64,000 nt of DNA from Candidatus Komeilibacteria bacterium RIFOXYD1_FULL_37_29 (GTDB taxonomy: Bacteria; Patescibacteriota; Patescibacteriia; UBA1558; GWA2-36-10), in NCBI GenBank assembly GCA_001818495.1, contig MHKS01000005.1:466584-530583 (forward strand). Reading direction: 5' to 3'. The position numbers and the translations under genes are program-made. The notes beneath the pieces are model-generated. The model was not told where the DNA came from. It made no database searches and worked only from the letters and a program-made list of their open reading frames with translations. Positions 32,753 to 43,172 of the stretch are shown here, in pieces; the first letter of the stretch is position 1; every line of letters starts with the position of its first letter.

Positions 32753-35206
32753 CTAAACCATAGCAATACGACTATTTATCTCGCTTTCCACTACCCTTTT
32801 ATCGCGACCATATCTTAAGCGAGATAATTCCTTTATACTTCTAGCTAATTCATAATTACCCTTTTCCGGTAATATTGGATTAAAATTAAAAGCTGGCGGA
32901 TTTTGATTATCAATTAATAACCTAATATAGCAGGTGTATTTGGGCATGTTGATAAGATCATATTCAGTCACTACCGGTGCCATTTGTTTGGCTATGACTT
33001 CAGCATCGTCTACTCCGATTCGATAAGATACCAATGTACCAACATTGCCAAAGACAGAATCTTTGACGCTAGTATTATTATTTTTAGTTAATTGAGCCAA
33101 AAATTGATGAGCTAAAATCAAATTTAATTTATACTTTCTAGCCTCTGATAATATCACTGAGATGCTTTCGGTAATATAATTTTGAAACTCATCAATATAC
33201 AAATAAAAGTCTGCCCTTTCTTCTTCTGGTATATCCACCCGACTCAAAGCGGCAAACAATATTTTTCCGATCATAATCATGCCCAAAAGACTACTATTCA
33301 TTTCACCAATGCGACCTTTGGATAAATTGATAATAATAATTTTATTTTCGTCCATAGCTTTTCGAAAATTAAAAGCTGACTTCGCCTGGGAAATAATCGG
33401 CCGAATAGTATCGTTAGATATAAAAGGCGTTAATTTACTAGTAATGTAGGGCACCATATTGGCCAAGGCCGCTTCACCACCGGCTTTTTGAGCTTCTTTT
33501 TCCCAAAAATCTTTCACTAATTGATTTTTGGCTTTGGCTAATTTCTTTTTTCTATATTCAGCATCAGATAAAACTTTGGGAATTTCTAATAGTGTAGCCG
33601 AATTTTCTTTATCATCCATCAAAAGTAACATAGTATTTCTCATGTATTGTTCAAAAATCGGGCCGCCCGTTGCTTTGAGATCATACAACTTATCAAAAAT
33701 AGCAATCATCTCGTTGATTACAAAAGTTTTTTGTTCTTCTGTTTCAAACTCTAGCATATTGATGCCAATAGGACGTTCGGTGTCTGATGGATCAAAAAAT
33801 ATTACATCTTCCGCTCTGGCTTTGGGCACATGAGACAAAATAGTTTCTGCCAAATCTCCATGTGGATCCAAAACGCAAACACCCTTGCCATTAGCTATAT
33901 CTTGAATAGCCAAACTCTCTAAAAAGACCGATTTACCAGTACCGGTTTGCCCGATGGTATACATATGCCGACGACGATCAGCATCTTTTATTCTGACTAG
34001 GGTTTCTTTGCCACGATAAATGCTTTTACCTAACACTACGCCTTCTCTTGGCATATCCGCCGGTGGAGCTGCTTTGGCTGCCTCTAACCAAGCGATATTG
34101 GGTGTTTCACTGGTGGGCAGGGGTAAATGAATAATACTAGTCATTTCTTCTGAATTCAAAATCATACTACGTTTAGGCAAAAAATGACGATAAATAAAAT
34201 GTTCAATGTAAGAATCATTTTTTTTGGGTATCTGGGCTCTAAAACTATTGCCAAACTCATAGATATTGAATTGACTGTAGCTATTTAAAATGTCATTCAA
34301 AATCATACCAGAACGCTCCGAGCTGGGTGTAGAGACAACTACTCTGATATTGACCTCGAGAGCGGATTTGGAAGTTTTTTCTTCCATAGCTTTGGCTCTT
34401 TCCTGCTCCATAGCAGACATAAGCGGTTTTTCCTGAGGTTTGTTTAGTGGTTTTTCTTTTTCTTTGGAAGCAACAAAAGTACCAAAAAATTTTAAAACTT
34501 TACTGAGATTACCCCAAAATCCACCACCGCCAAGTTTTTTAACAGCCTCATTGTAATGAATACCAGTATACATATACTTGGCTATTTTTTTGCCGCGCGC
34601 GTGCCACCGCGCCGGAGCAGAGCGAAAAACATATTGGACAGCCGCCCCCTCTCCGTCTTTTAATTTACTCAAAGAATTGGTAATGGCTTCTAGTGGATCA
34701 TTTTCAAAATGACGATAAGTTTTTATTGGTAAGCTATAATCATTGGTAAAATAAAGAATACCCGCCTTGATATGACCCTGGGGCTGAAAAATATTATAAT
34801 CAACCGCTAGTTCAAAATATATTTTAGGATAAACCGCTTGCAGTTGTTGGATTAAAAAATCTCTATAATTAGTCGGCGTGGCTATATAAAAATTTATAAA
34901 TCCGCCATCCGAAACAATTTCAGCGGAAAAAACATCCGTCCGTCGGCTAAACATTTTTTTCTGAATTCTTAGTCCACTTAGAGCGGCAAACAAATTTTCT
35001 ACTTGCCCCAATTGTGTCTGGACATAATCTTTACCATACTCCTCTTTTTTCTGTTTGGTATATTTTGGTATTTTGACTAAAAGTATCTCCTGTTGAAGAC
35101 TTTTATTGGATTTATTGTTAAAATAATTTAATAAAAAATAAACAAAAATGCCCAAGAAAATAATTCCTATCAATGAAACTATAGCTATAGTGATATATTC
35201 ATTCAT
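32753..35206 (-). CDS. Fused VirB4/VirD4-superfamily ATPase of 817 aa. An N-terminal TM helix and a domain of about 370 aa are followed by a P-loop ATPase.
   Basis: Walker A is HMYTIGQTGTGKSV, followed by VLDPHGDL. Walker B is FYLYIDEFQ. The N-terminal half is homologous to 19443-20933 and the C-terminal half to 17749-19440. Confidence 0.75.
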   Translation of the reverse strand: MNEYITIAIVSLIGIIFLGIFVYFLLNYFNNKSNKSLQQEILLVKIPKYTKQKKEEYGKDYVQTQLGQVENLFAALSGLRIQKKMFSRRTDVFSAEIVSDGGFINFYIATPTNYRDFLIQQLQAVYPKIYFELAVDYNIFQPQGHIKAGILYFTNDYSLPIKTYRHFENDPLEAITNSLSKLKDGEGAAVQYVFRSAPARWHARGKKIAKYMYTGIHYNEAVKKLGGGGFWGNLSKVLKFFGTFVASKEKEKPLNKPQEKPLMSAMEQERAKAMEEKTSKSALEVNIRVVVSTPSSERSGMILNDILNSYSQFNIYEFGNSFRAQIPKKNDSYIEHFIYRHFLPKRSMILNSEEMTSIIHLPLPTSETPNIAWLEAAKAAPPADMPREGVVLGKSIYRGKETLVRIKDADRRRHMYTIGQTGTGKSVFLESLAIQDIANGKGVCVLDPHGDLAETILSHVPKARAEDVIFFDPSDTERPIGINMLEFETEEQKTFVINEMIAIFDKLYDLKATGGPIFEQYMRNTMLLLMDDKENSATLLEIPKVLSDAEYRKKKLAKAKNQLVKDFWEKEAQKAGGEAALANMVPYITSKLTPFISNDTIRPIISQAKSAFNFRKAMDENKIIIINLSKGRIGEMNSSLLGMIMIGKILFAALSRVDIPEEERADFYLYIDEFQNYITESISVILSEARKYKLNLILAHQFLAQLTKNNNTSVKDSVFGNVGTLVSYRIGVDDAEVIAKQMAPVVTEYDLINMPKYTCYIRLLIDNQNPPAFNFNPILPEKGNYELARSIKELSRLRYGRDKRVVESEINSRIAMV

Positions 35207-35209
35207 TTT

Positions 35210-35692
35210 TTATTTTGGTTGATTTATTTTTAATATTTTTTCTGTTTTTATTTTAGCTTCTTGCTCTAAATAATGCTTGTTTACTCTGGGTATAAGGCGC
35301 AACCATTCTAATATCAGTTTAGTAATTTCTTTTACTTTGATCTTGGCCTGCAACAACAAATTTGTAATTTTAACCGACACGTCTTCTCCTTTTGTTTTAA
35401 AAACTTTTTGAGTACCAGCATCTAAAGATAAATAAACATCCTCCATACCTTCTGCTAAGACATTTTCTATTTTTTGATGAATAACAGACGCTATATTAGC
35501 CTGTGCATTTGAAGAAGTCTCACCATCATCCAAATTTACAGTTGGCGAAATATTATCATTTTCCGGTTGTTCTTTACTTTGAGAAAATTTTTCTAATTTA
35601 GCGCCGTCTAAAGACTTTTCCACTGATTGTTCGGCGAATCGGCCTGATTCTTGACTAATCGACGGTTGTTCTATTCTTTTTTCTTTTGACAT
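35210..35692 (-). CDS. Hypothetical acidic 160-aa protein upstream of the fused ATPase.
   Basis: The gap to the ATPase gene is 3 nt. No motif is recognised. Confidence 0.4.
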   Translation of the reverse strand: MSKEKRIEQPSISQESGRFAEQSVEKSLDGAKLEKFSQSKEQPENDNISPTVNLDDGETSSNAQANIASVIHQKIENVLAEGMEDVYLSLDAGTQKVFKTKGEDVSVKITNLLLQAKIKVKEITKLILEWLRLIPRVNKHYLEQEAKIKTEKILKINQPK

Positions 35693-35699
35693 GCCTATA

Positions 35700-36173
35700 T
35701 TATACCAAATTTTGGCTTTTTAGGTAAGAATCTAGACTCTGATACAGTTTATCAGCCAAATTAATGGCCGGTAAAACATATCTGTGCCCGCCAGATAGTA
35801 TATAAATATTTTTATTTCTTTTGCGAACCGCTTTAATATCAGATAATTTTATAAAACCGACCAATCTAAAATCATTTTTATAAATTAATTTAAGATGAAC
35901 TAACCTTTTATTAGTCAGTAAATAAAAATTGTTGCGATCTAGCATGGCTCTAGCCAAGAAAAATATCAAAAATATTACCCAAATAACCCACAAAATAAGC
36001 CCCTGATAGCCCATTTTCCAGACTGGAAAAAGTATAAAAAATGTCATTAAAAAAAGCAGGATAATAAAAATTACCCTGGTCGAACTAGTCTTTGACTCAA
36101 AGACCATTTTTAAGTCTTCACTAACGGTCAAAAATTTGCTAAAATTATTCATGTTATGAATAAAAAAACTCAA
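35700..36173 (-). CDS. Membrane protein with a bacterial PH-like domain, similar to YdbS/YdbT.
   Basis: Two TM helices are followed by the LTNKRLV motif typical of bPH_2 domains. Confidence 0.5.
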   Translation of the reverse strand: MSFFIHNMNNFSKFLTVSEDLKMVFESKTSSTRVIFIILLFLMTFFILFPVWKMGYQGLILWVIWVIFLIFFLARAMLDRNNFYLLTNKRLVHLKLIYKNDFRLVGFIKLSDIKAVRKRNKNIYILSGGHRYVLPAINLADKLYQSLDSYLKSQNLV

Positions 36174-36250
36174 AAAATAATCCTCATACTGATATCCATC
36201 TTCGTAATCCTATCAATGGTTTTATGGACAATGGGCAGTACTTACGGCTA

Positions 36251-38023
36251 CTAAGAATCTTTTCTTAAAACGGCCAAATAAGCCTCTTGTGGTATTTCTA
36301 CTTTTCCACCTTGCGCCATGCGCTTTTTGCCCTTTTTTTGTTTCTCTAAAAGTTTTCTTTTACGAGTCACATCTCCACCGTACAATTTAGCTGTAACATC
36401 TTTACGAAGAGCTGAAAGTTTTTCTCCAGCTATTATTTTACCGCCCACAGCGGCTTGTAATTTCAAAACAAATTGCTGTTTAGGCAAAACCTCCTTCAAT
36501 TTATTAACAATCCGCTTGCCGACTTTATGAGCTTCATCTTTATAAACTAAACTAGTGAGAGCCTCTACTATATTTTCAGCTACCAAAATGTCCATTTTGA
36601 CTATGTCACACTCTCGATAATCGGCAAAATCATAATTTAGTGAAGCATAACCAGAAGATATACTTTTTATATTATCGTAAAAATCTACCAAAATTGAAGC
36701 CAAAGGAATGTCAAAACGAAGTATCATGCGAGTATCATTGATATATTCGGTATCTTTGGGTATGCCCCTTTGTGATATTACATATTCCATTAGCCCACCC
36801 ATATGTTCTTTAGGAGTAATAACTTCAATATGCATATAAGGCTCTTCAATATGATGAATCTTGGTAACATCAGGCATCTCCGCTGGAGTAGTCAAAACTT
36901 CTTTATCGCCGTTATTTAGATAAATATTATAAGCAACAGTCGGCGTAGTCACAATCAATTTTAAATTAAATTCTCGACTGATCCTCTCTTGAAAAATTTC
37001 CAAATGTAATAGCCCCAAAAAACCACAACGAAAACCAAAACCCAAAGCGGGAGAACTGGCCGGCTCAAAAATCAAGCTAGCATCACTTAATTTTAATTTG
37101 AGTATGGCCTCTCTTAATTTCTGATATTCGCTGCCCTCCTGGGGAAATATTCCGGCATAAACCATGGGCTTTATCTGCTTATAGCCAGCCAAGGCCTTGG
37201 TCGTCCGATCAGCAAAAATAATAGTATCGCCGACTTGGGCTTTTTCTAGATTTCTTACGCTGGTAATCAAATAACCAATCTCACCGTTTTTTAATCCACC
37301 AGAGCTGACCCAATGAGGCTTGAAATAGCCAACATCCAATACCTCGGTTGGTTCATTGCTGGCCACAAATCTTATTTTGTCGCCTTTTTTTATTTGTCCA
37401 CCAAAAACTCTGATATAGATTACCACTCCTCTAAACTCATCATAGGTGGAATCAAAAACCAGAGCTTGCAAATCATCTGATATTTTTTGCGGCGCTTTGA
37501 CTCTCTCTACTATAGCATCTAAAACCTGAGCCACACCTTGCCCAGTTTTAGCGGAAACAGACAATATCTCCTCGGCCTGACAACCCAATAAATTTATAAT
37601 TTCCCGACTGACTTTTTCTACATCAGCCGCTGGCAAATCAATTTTATTAATAACTGGTATAATGTCTAGATTCTGTTCTAAAGCCAAATAAAGATTGGCC
37701 AAAGTTTGAGCTTCGATACCCTGAGTCGCATCTACTAAAAGTAGAGCTCCTTCTACAGCAGCCAAAGATCTAGAAACTTCATAACTAAAATCAACGTGGC
37801 CGGGAGTATCAATTAAATTTAAAATTTTACCAGCCCAATCCATTCTGGCCGGCTGTAATTTGATAGTAATTCCCCTTTCCCTTTCCAAATCCATTTGATC
37901 TAGCATCTGATCTTTCATCTTACGTTTTTCCACCGTACCAGTAATTTCCAACATGCGATCAGCTAAAGTAGATTTACCATGATCGATATGAGCAATAATA
38001 CAAAAATTTCTAATTTCTTCCAT
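36251..38023 (-). CDS. lepA: Elongation factor 4 (LepA).
   Basis: EEIRNFCIIAHIDHGKSTLADRMLE and the LepA C-terminal domain are present. The ORF track extends to 38041, but the Met at 38023 fits the canonical LepA N-terminus. Confidence 0.95.
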   Translation of the reverse strand: MEEIRNFCIIAHIDHGKSTLADRMLEITGTVEKRKMKDQMLDQMDLERERGITIKLQPARMDWAGKILNLIDTPGHVDFSYEVSRSLAAVEGALLLVDATQGIEAQTLANLYLALEQNLDIIPVINKIDLPAADVEKVSREIINLLGCQAEEILSVSAKTGQGVAQVLDAIVERVKAPQKISDDLQALVFDSTYDEFRGVVIYIRVFGGQIKKGDKIRFVASNEPTEVLDVGYFKPHWVSSGGLKNGEIGYLITSVRNLEKAQVGDTIIFADRTTKALAGYKQIKPMVYAGIFPQEGSEYQKLREAILKLKLSDASLIFEPASSPALGFGFRCGFLGLLHLEIFQERISREFNLKLIVTTPTVAYNIYLNNGDKEVLTTPAEMPDVTKIHHIEEPYMHIEVITPKEHMGGLMEYVISQRGIPKDTEYINDTRMILRFDIPLASILVDFYDNIKSISSGYASLNYDFADYRECDIVKMDILVAENIVEALTSLVYKDEAHKVGKRIVNKLKEVLPKQQFVLKLQAAVGGKIIAGEKLSALRKDVTAKLYGGDVTRKRKLLEKQKKGKKRMAQGGKVEIPQEAYLAVLRKDS

Positions 38024-39605
38024 TTTTAAATAATAATACAAATTTCTTAAGCATCACCTTAACAATATTAAGCTCGTCAAGTCTAAACACTATACCTAAA
38101 AGCAGATAGCTTAGCAAGCCAACTAGCCCAGCCAGACCACCTTGGATAAATATACCCAAAAATGTCTGCATATCCACTACCTCAGCCAAAATTTGCAAAA
38201 CACCATAAGCGACTGCTCCGGCTAAGATAGAATTAAAAGAAATTTTTAAAATAGAATTGACAATCAAACTATCCCCTATATCCCGAACCTTGAAATGTAA
38301 GAAAATATATAAGAGCAGCATATTAATAATACTAGAAATAGAAAAAGCTAGAGCTAGACCAAAAACTCCCAAAGAATCTGAGAACTGCCAAGATAAAATG
38401 ATATTTATAATAATACTAATGATACTAATAATCATCGGCGTTTTGGTATCCTCATAAGCATAAAAAGAACGCCCCAAAAGTGGTATCAATCCTTGAGCAA
38501 AAATAGAAATGGCAAAAATACCCAAACTCTGAGCAGTTTGATAAGTGTTGTCCCAGTTAAAAGCTCCCGTACCCAAAATTACTCGAACAATCTGTGCTCG
38601 TAGTACTACAATTAAAACCGATATTGGAATCAACATAAACAATATCTTTCTCAAACTACTGGAAAAATTTTGGCTAAATAACTTGGAATTTTTCTCATTG
38701 ACCGCTTGCGTAAAAGTAGGAAATACAGCCACAGCCAAAGAAACTGCAAATAAAGATACGGGCAAACTTTGAATATTATTGGCATAATTAAAAACTGAAA
38801 TACTACCGACAGTCAGTGTCGAAGCAATCATAGTAATAATAACCAAATTAATCTGCCCAGCCGCTAAACCAATAGTGCGTGGTAACATCAACTTTAGTAT
38901 TTTCCTTAAATTATCATCAAACTTCAAGATAAATTTATAATGCCAACCATTTTTATAAACTTCTGGTAACTGCACCAACAAGTGCATAAGGGCTCCTAGT
39001 AATACTCCATAGGCCAAACCAATTAGACCAACTCGCGGATAAAAAAAGATAATGCCGATGATAATACCAATATTATAAAAACTAGCGGCCAAAGAAAAAC
39101 TAAAAAATCTTTTAAAAGAATTGAGTATTCCTCCAATCAAATTTGACGCTACAAAAAATAAAACCGACAAAAGCATTACCCTAGTCAATATAATTACCTG
39201 CTCAATCTGCCAAGCCTCAAAGCCCGGAGTGATCATAGGCATTAGTTGGGGCGTAAAAATAAAAAATATAACAATCAAAATTGTAATAAAAATCAAAAAT
39301 AAATTTAAAACTGAATTAGAAAGTTTTAAACCATCATCTTTATCTTTTAACCAGACTCTCTGAAATACCGGAATAAAAGCTGACGTTAAGGCGCCTAAAA
39401 CTAAAGTGTTAAATATCAAATCCGGCAAACGAAAAGCTGAATAATAAATATCGGACAACTGGCCAGCCGCAAAATTGTGAGCTATCAGTCTTTCCCGAAG
39501 CAAAGCAAATATCTTGGCCAATAAAGAAAAAAAGGTGATAATCAAAGCACCTCCGGCAACACTGTTATTAATTTTATGCCAAATATTTTGCCACATCATC
39601 CTCAA
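38010..39605 (-). CDS. murJ: Lipid II flippase MurJ (MOP superfamily).
   Basis: SLLAKIFALLRERLIAHNFAAGQLSDIYYSAFRLPDLIFNTLVLGALTSAFIPVF is the MurJ N-terminal signature. The protein has about 14 TM helices. Confidence 0.82.
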   Translation of the reverse strand: MRMMWQNIWHKINNSVAGGALIITFFSLLAKIFALLRERLIAHNFAAGQLSDIYYSAFRLPDLIFNTLVLGALTSAFIPVFQRVWLKDKDDGLKLSNSVLNLFLIFITILIVIFFIFTPQLMPMITPGFEAWQIEQVIILTRVMLLSVLFFVASNLIGGILNSFKRFFSFSLAASFYNIGIIIGIIFFYPRVGLIGLAYGVLLGALMHLLVQLPEVYKNGWHYKFILKFDDNLRKILKLMLPRTIGLAAGQINLVIITMIASTLTVGSISVFNYANNIQSLPVSLFAVSLAVAVFPTFTQAVNEKNSKLFSQNFSSSLRKILFMLIPISVLIVVLRAQIVRVILGTGAFNWDNTYQTAQSLGIFAISIFAQGLIPLLGRSFYAYEDTKTPMIISIISIIINIILSWQFSDSLGVFGLALAFSISSIINMLLLYIFLHFKVRDIGDSLIVNSILKISFNSILAGAVAYGVLQILAEVVDMQTFLGIFIQGGLAGLVGLLSYLLLGIVFRLDELNIVKVMLKKFVLLFKNGRN

Positions 39606-39607
39606 AA

Positions 39608-42064
39608 TTATTTATTTGCTAAAATAAAACCAAAATATTGGTCATGAGATAATTCTTTGGTATAGGTAAATAAATTATCAGTCACATTGACACTGTCTTT
39701 ATCAATAGCGTTGTTAAACACCAGTTTTACATTATCCGGAAAAATAACTGATGAATTAAACAAATTATTTTTAAAGCCGGATTGAGCCTGTATTACTAAA
39801 CTATAATTGTTGAGATTGACATCCCGCTTAAATAGTCTTTCCTGCCAGCTATTTACCAGTGGATCTCCAAAATCTAACTTAAACGGCAATTTATATTTTA
39901 TCAAAACAGTTTTTGTCTGACCGGGCGTAAGAGTCATCCAATTGGCAAAAACAGTTCGATCTAAAGAAGTAAAAATTTCTGTAGCCGAAGCATTGTCAAT
40001 CATCTTTATCTCTTCTTGAGCCAAATCTTTATCAATCTGAGCATTGTCATTTCCGGCAAAATAATTATCCGGAATTTTATCAAAACCAATTGCTTCAATA
40101 AATTCACTACCTAAAGGCGCATAGATCCTCAAATAACTAGCATTTCCCCCATAAATACCGGCAAATAGAGCCTCATCATCACTTTTATAGGCCCTAGTAA
40201 TTTTTATAGTATTAATGATTTCTCCGCTCGGAGATATTTGCGCCTGATGATCTATGGTTTGATAAATATTATTATCTGTCTTACCGCCAGCAATATTAGT
40301 AGCCACCACAGCCAAATAATCTTTATTATAATTTAAAGCCTGACCAGCCCAACCAAAATCTACCAAGGCTTTTTGTGTACTCTCATCTTCACTATAAATC
40401 TGTATATCTTTGGCCGCTAAGGTCTGAGCAAAAACCTTGACTATTTCTTTTTGTTTATCACCATTGGCTAACAATTTTTCCAAAACAATCGGCACCAAGT
40501 CAGCGATAATAGCTTTGGGCTGATTTGATTCTTTATCATAATTTAGCTCCACTTCTTCTTGTAAAACAGAAAAAATATTATCAGCCGTGATAGTCACGCC
40601 ATACTCTTCTAGAGTGACTGGACCTAAAACAGCTAAAAGCTCTGACAAAACATTGGCATTGATGGCTATTACTCCGTCTAGAGAAGTAGCTCCCGCTTGT
40701 TGATAAAACCAAATTATTTTTTTGGCTGAAGTAGGAAAATCATACCACCAATTAGCGTCCCAAATATTAAACTCGGAATTAATCAAAGAAAGCGCCTGAG
40801 GAGCCTTGAGAGCAACTTTCTGTCCGGCCTCCAAATCATATAGACCGCCGGTGGGAATTTCTAAATTAACAATTTTACCATGATAAACATCAAATAAAGC
40901 AAAGCTACCAATAAAACCGCCGGTGGCTCTTATTTCATTGTTGTTTTGAAAAAGCACAACATATCTTTTCTCACTGCTGTGACCTAGCAAATCAGCTGAC
41001 AAAGCAAATACGCTGTTTAATTCTTTGAGATTTTCAATGGTGGCTGGTAGATAATTTTTTAAACCATCAAAATATTCTCTAAAATTATCCGGCAATAAAT
41101 TGGTAGAAATATCCTGTAAATCACGATTAGCCGCTTCGAGATAAGGCAGGGTCTCTTCTATTTGCCCATTGATCAAAACTATATACTCTGTCGGATCGCC
41201 ATTATTTTGTAAAGTTTGATTGAGCACAGTGGCTGCTTCAGAAATATTGGTAGCTACCGACAGCATGTTTCTACTCAGAGATATCGGTTTGCCAACAACC
41301 GGCATCAATCCAGCGGCATTGAGCATCCACTTTTGATATTCATCTAAAACACCCTGCGCTTGAGAAAAATTATCTAAAGCATTTTCAAAATCAACTTGAG
41401 CTGCTTGATAGGAATTTTCCGAAGCTGATATTACACCCGATTTTAAACTTAGGAGTCCTTCTTGACCAAAATCAAAGATCTTACCTTTGTCGGCATTAAT
41501 TTGACCAAATAACACCACGGCCCTAATAGGAAATAAAATAACCGCTAATATTAAAGCAAAAATCATGGCTTTACCTAAAGCCAGATTAAAATTCAACTTT
41601 GGTGCTGGGCGAAAATTTTGCTCCTTTTCCGTTACTTCCTCTACTACGCGATCAACCTGTCTATTTTTTAGCTCCCTAGACCAATTTTCAAAAGAATTTT
41701 TATATTTAGTAAATCTACTCTTTTTTGGCGGTTTGGTTTTTTCCTCCAAGGCTTTTTTTAAGTCCAAAACATGAGTCGACCCTCTATAATCGTTTTTAAA
41801 TTCTAAACGATGAATAGTTGGGGACGTTTCTTTGGCTTCAATTTTTTCCTCTACCTTTGTTTTGAGATCATTTTTAATAGTATGAAGAATTTGAGAATAG
41901 GATAAATCCTGTTTAATTAATTTATCTAACTCAGCCAAAGCCTTCTTTTTTTCTTCTTTGACAACTTCTGTACTAAAATCATTGCCCAATAAAAATTGAT
42001 CTAGATCTTCTACTAAATCTTTTTTTAAATCTGTTAAATTTATTTTCTGTTTTTGATCACTCAT
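39608..42064 (-). CDS. Large membrane-anchored extracytoplasmic protein of 818 aa. The DUF4012-like assignment is tentative.
   Basis: A cytoplasmic N-terminus is followed by one TM helix, AMIFALILAVILFPIRAVVLF, and a large outside domain. It sits in the glycan locus next to murJ and the GT4 genes. Confidence 0.45.
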   Translation of the reverse strand: MSDQKQKINLTDLKKDLVEDLDQFLLGNDFSTEVVKEEKKKALAELDKLIKQDLSYSQILHTIKNDLKTKVEEKIEAKETSPTIHRLEFKNDYRGSTHVLDLKKALEEKTKPPKKSRFTKYKNSFENWSRELKNRQVDRVVEEVTEKEQNFRPAPKLNFNLALGKAMIFALILAVILFPIRAVVLFGQINADKGKIFDFGQEGLLSLKSGVISASENSYQAAQVDFENALDNFSQAQGVLDEYQKWMLNAAGLMPVVGKPISLSRNMLSVATNISEAATVLNQTLQNNGDPTEYIVLINGQIEETLPYLEAANRDLQDISTNLLPDNFREYFDGLKNYLPATIENLKELNSVFALSADLLGHSSEKRYVVLFQNNNEIRATGGFIGSFALFDVYHGKIVNLEIPTGGLYDLEAGQKVALKAPQALSLINSEFNIWDANWWYDFPTSAKKIIWFYQQAGATSLDGVIAINANVLSELLAVLGPVTLEEYGVTITADNIFSVLQEEVELNYDKESNQPKAIIADLVPIVLEKLLANGDKQKEIVKVFAQTLAAKDIQIYSEDESTQKALVDFGWAGQALNYNKDYLAVVATNIAGGKTDNNIYQTIDHQAQISPSGEIINTIKITRAYKSDDEALFAGIYGGNASYLRIYAPLGSEFIEAIGFDKIPDNYFAGNDNAQIDKDLAQEEIKMIDNASATEIFTSLDRTVFANWMTLTPGQTKTVLIKYKLPFKLDFGDPLVNSWQERLFKRDVNLNNYSLVIQAQSGFKNNLFNSSVIFPDNVKLVFNNAIDKDSVNVTDNLFTYTKELSHDQYFGFILANK

Positions 42065-42080
42065 AGCTTGTCAGGATATA

Positions 42081-43172
42081 TTATACCAGAATTTTGTAAA
42101 TTTCCCAAGTCTCTTTAGCCATTTTCCTCCAAGAATATTTTTCAATTTGCTGATAGCCAAATTTAATCAATTGATCTCTTAAGTCAACATTAGTGATAAT
42201 TTCTGACATTTTTTTCTTTAAATCCTCTTGATCAATCGGATCAAAATAAAGAACGCTCTGCCCCAGTATTTCTGGTAAAGAAGAAGAATTACTGGACAAA
42301 ACCGGTAATCCATAGCTCATAGCCTCAAGTGGTGGTAAACCAAAACCTTCGTATAAAGAAGGAAAAACATAAGCTGTGGCTTTTTTGTAATAAGCCGGCA
42401 ATAGTTCATCTGGCACATAACCGGCAAAAACTACCTGAGAAAGCTTATTAGATTTTTCTAGTTCTTTATAAAAATAATTTTTATTGCCGACTAAGACCAA
42501 ATAATATTCCGGATACTTTTTTAAAAATTCACCAAATGTAGCTATTAAAAAATCTAAATTTTTATGGGGATAAGCATTACCGACATAAAGAAAATATTTT
42601 TGAGGCAACTGTGGTAATTGTTTGGTGTCTACTACTAGAGAAGAAATGCCCTCATAAACAATGGTAATTTTCTGAGCATCCTCCTGATTTAATTTGAAAT
42701 AATTTTTAATATCCTCGGCTGTAAATTTGGAAACAGCTATTATTTTCTTGGAACGTTTAATAGCATTTCTAATCACTGCCTGGTAAAGTAAATATTTTAC
42801 TTTAAATAAAATTGGGTTTAAGGTAGTCGCTCGACGACTAGGAAATTTGGTCATTATGAGATCATGGATAGTCACGACATACTTTCCATAATAAAAAAAT
42901 GGCACATTAAAATGGGTAAAATGAACCAAGTCCGGCTTGAGACGATAAAGCAACCAGGGCAAAACTATTTGCTCTTTGAGGCCATACCAATGACAACGGC
43001 AAATTTTAATTTGAAAATTTGGTGGCAAGTCAAGGTGAGGATCTTCTTCAAATAATAAAATATACTGATTATCTTGATCTATTTTTTTAAGTTCTGCTAA
43101 AAACTCCTGGTTATATCGGCCAAGACCGCCCGGTTTGGTGCCAAATATTCTAAAATCAATAACTATTTTCAT
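42081..43172 (-). CDS. GT4-family glycosyltransferase.
   Basis: EGFGLPPLEAMSYGLPVLSSNSSSLPEI is the E-x7-E motif of GT-B retaining glycosyltransferases. Confidence 0.8.
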   Translation of the reverse strand: MKIVIDFRIFGTKPGGLGRYNQEFLAELKKIDQDNQYILLFEEDPHLDLPPNFQIKICRCHWYGLKEQIVLPWLLYRLKPDLVHFTHFNVPFFYYGKYVVTIHDLIMTKFPSRRATTLNPILFKVKYLLYQAVIRNAIKRSKKIIAVSKFTAEDIKNYFKLNQEDAQKITIVYEGISSLVVDTKQLPQLPQKYFLYVGNAYPHKNLDFLIATFGEFLKKYPEYYLVLVGNKNYFYKELEKSNKLSQVVFAGYVPDELLPAYYKKATAYVFPSLYEGFGLPPLEAMSYGLPVLSSNSSSLPEILGQSVLYFDPIDQEDLKKKMSEIITNVDLRDQLIKFGYQQIEKYSWRKMAKETWEIYKILV

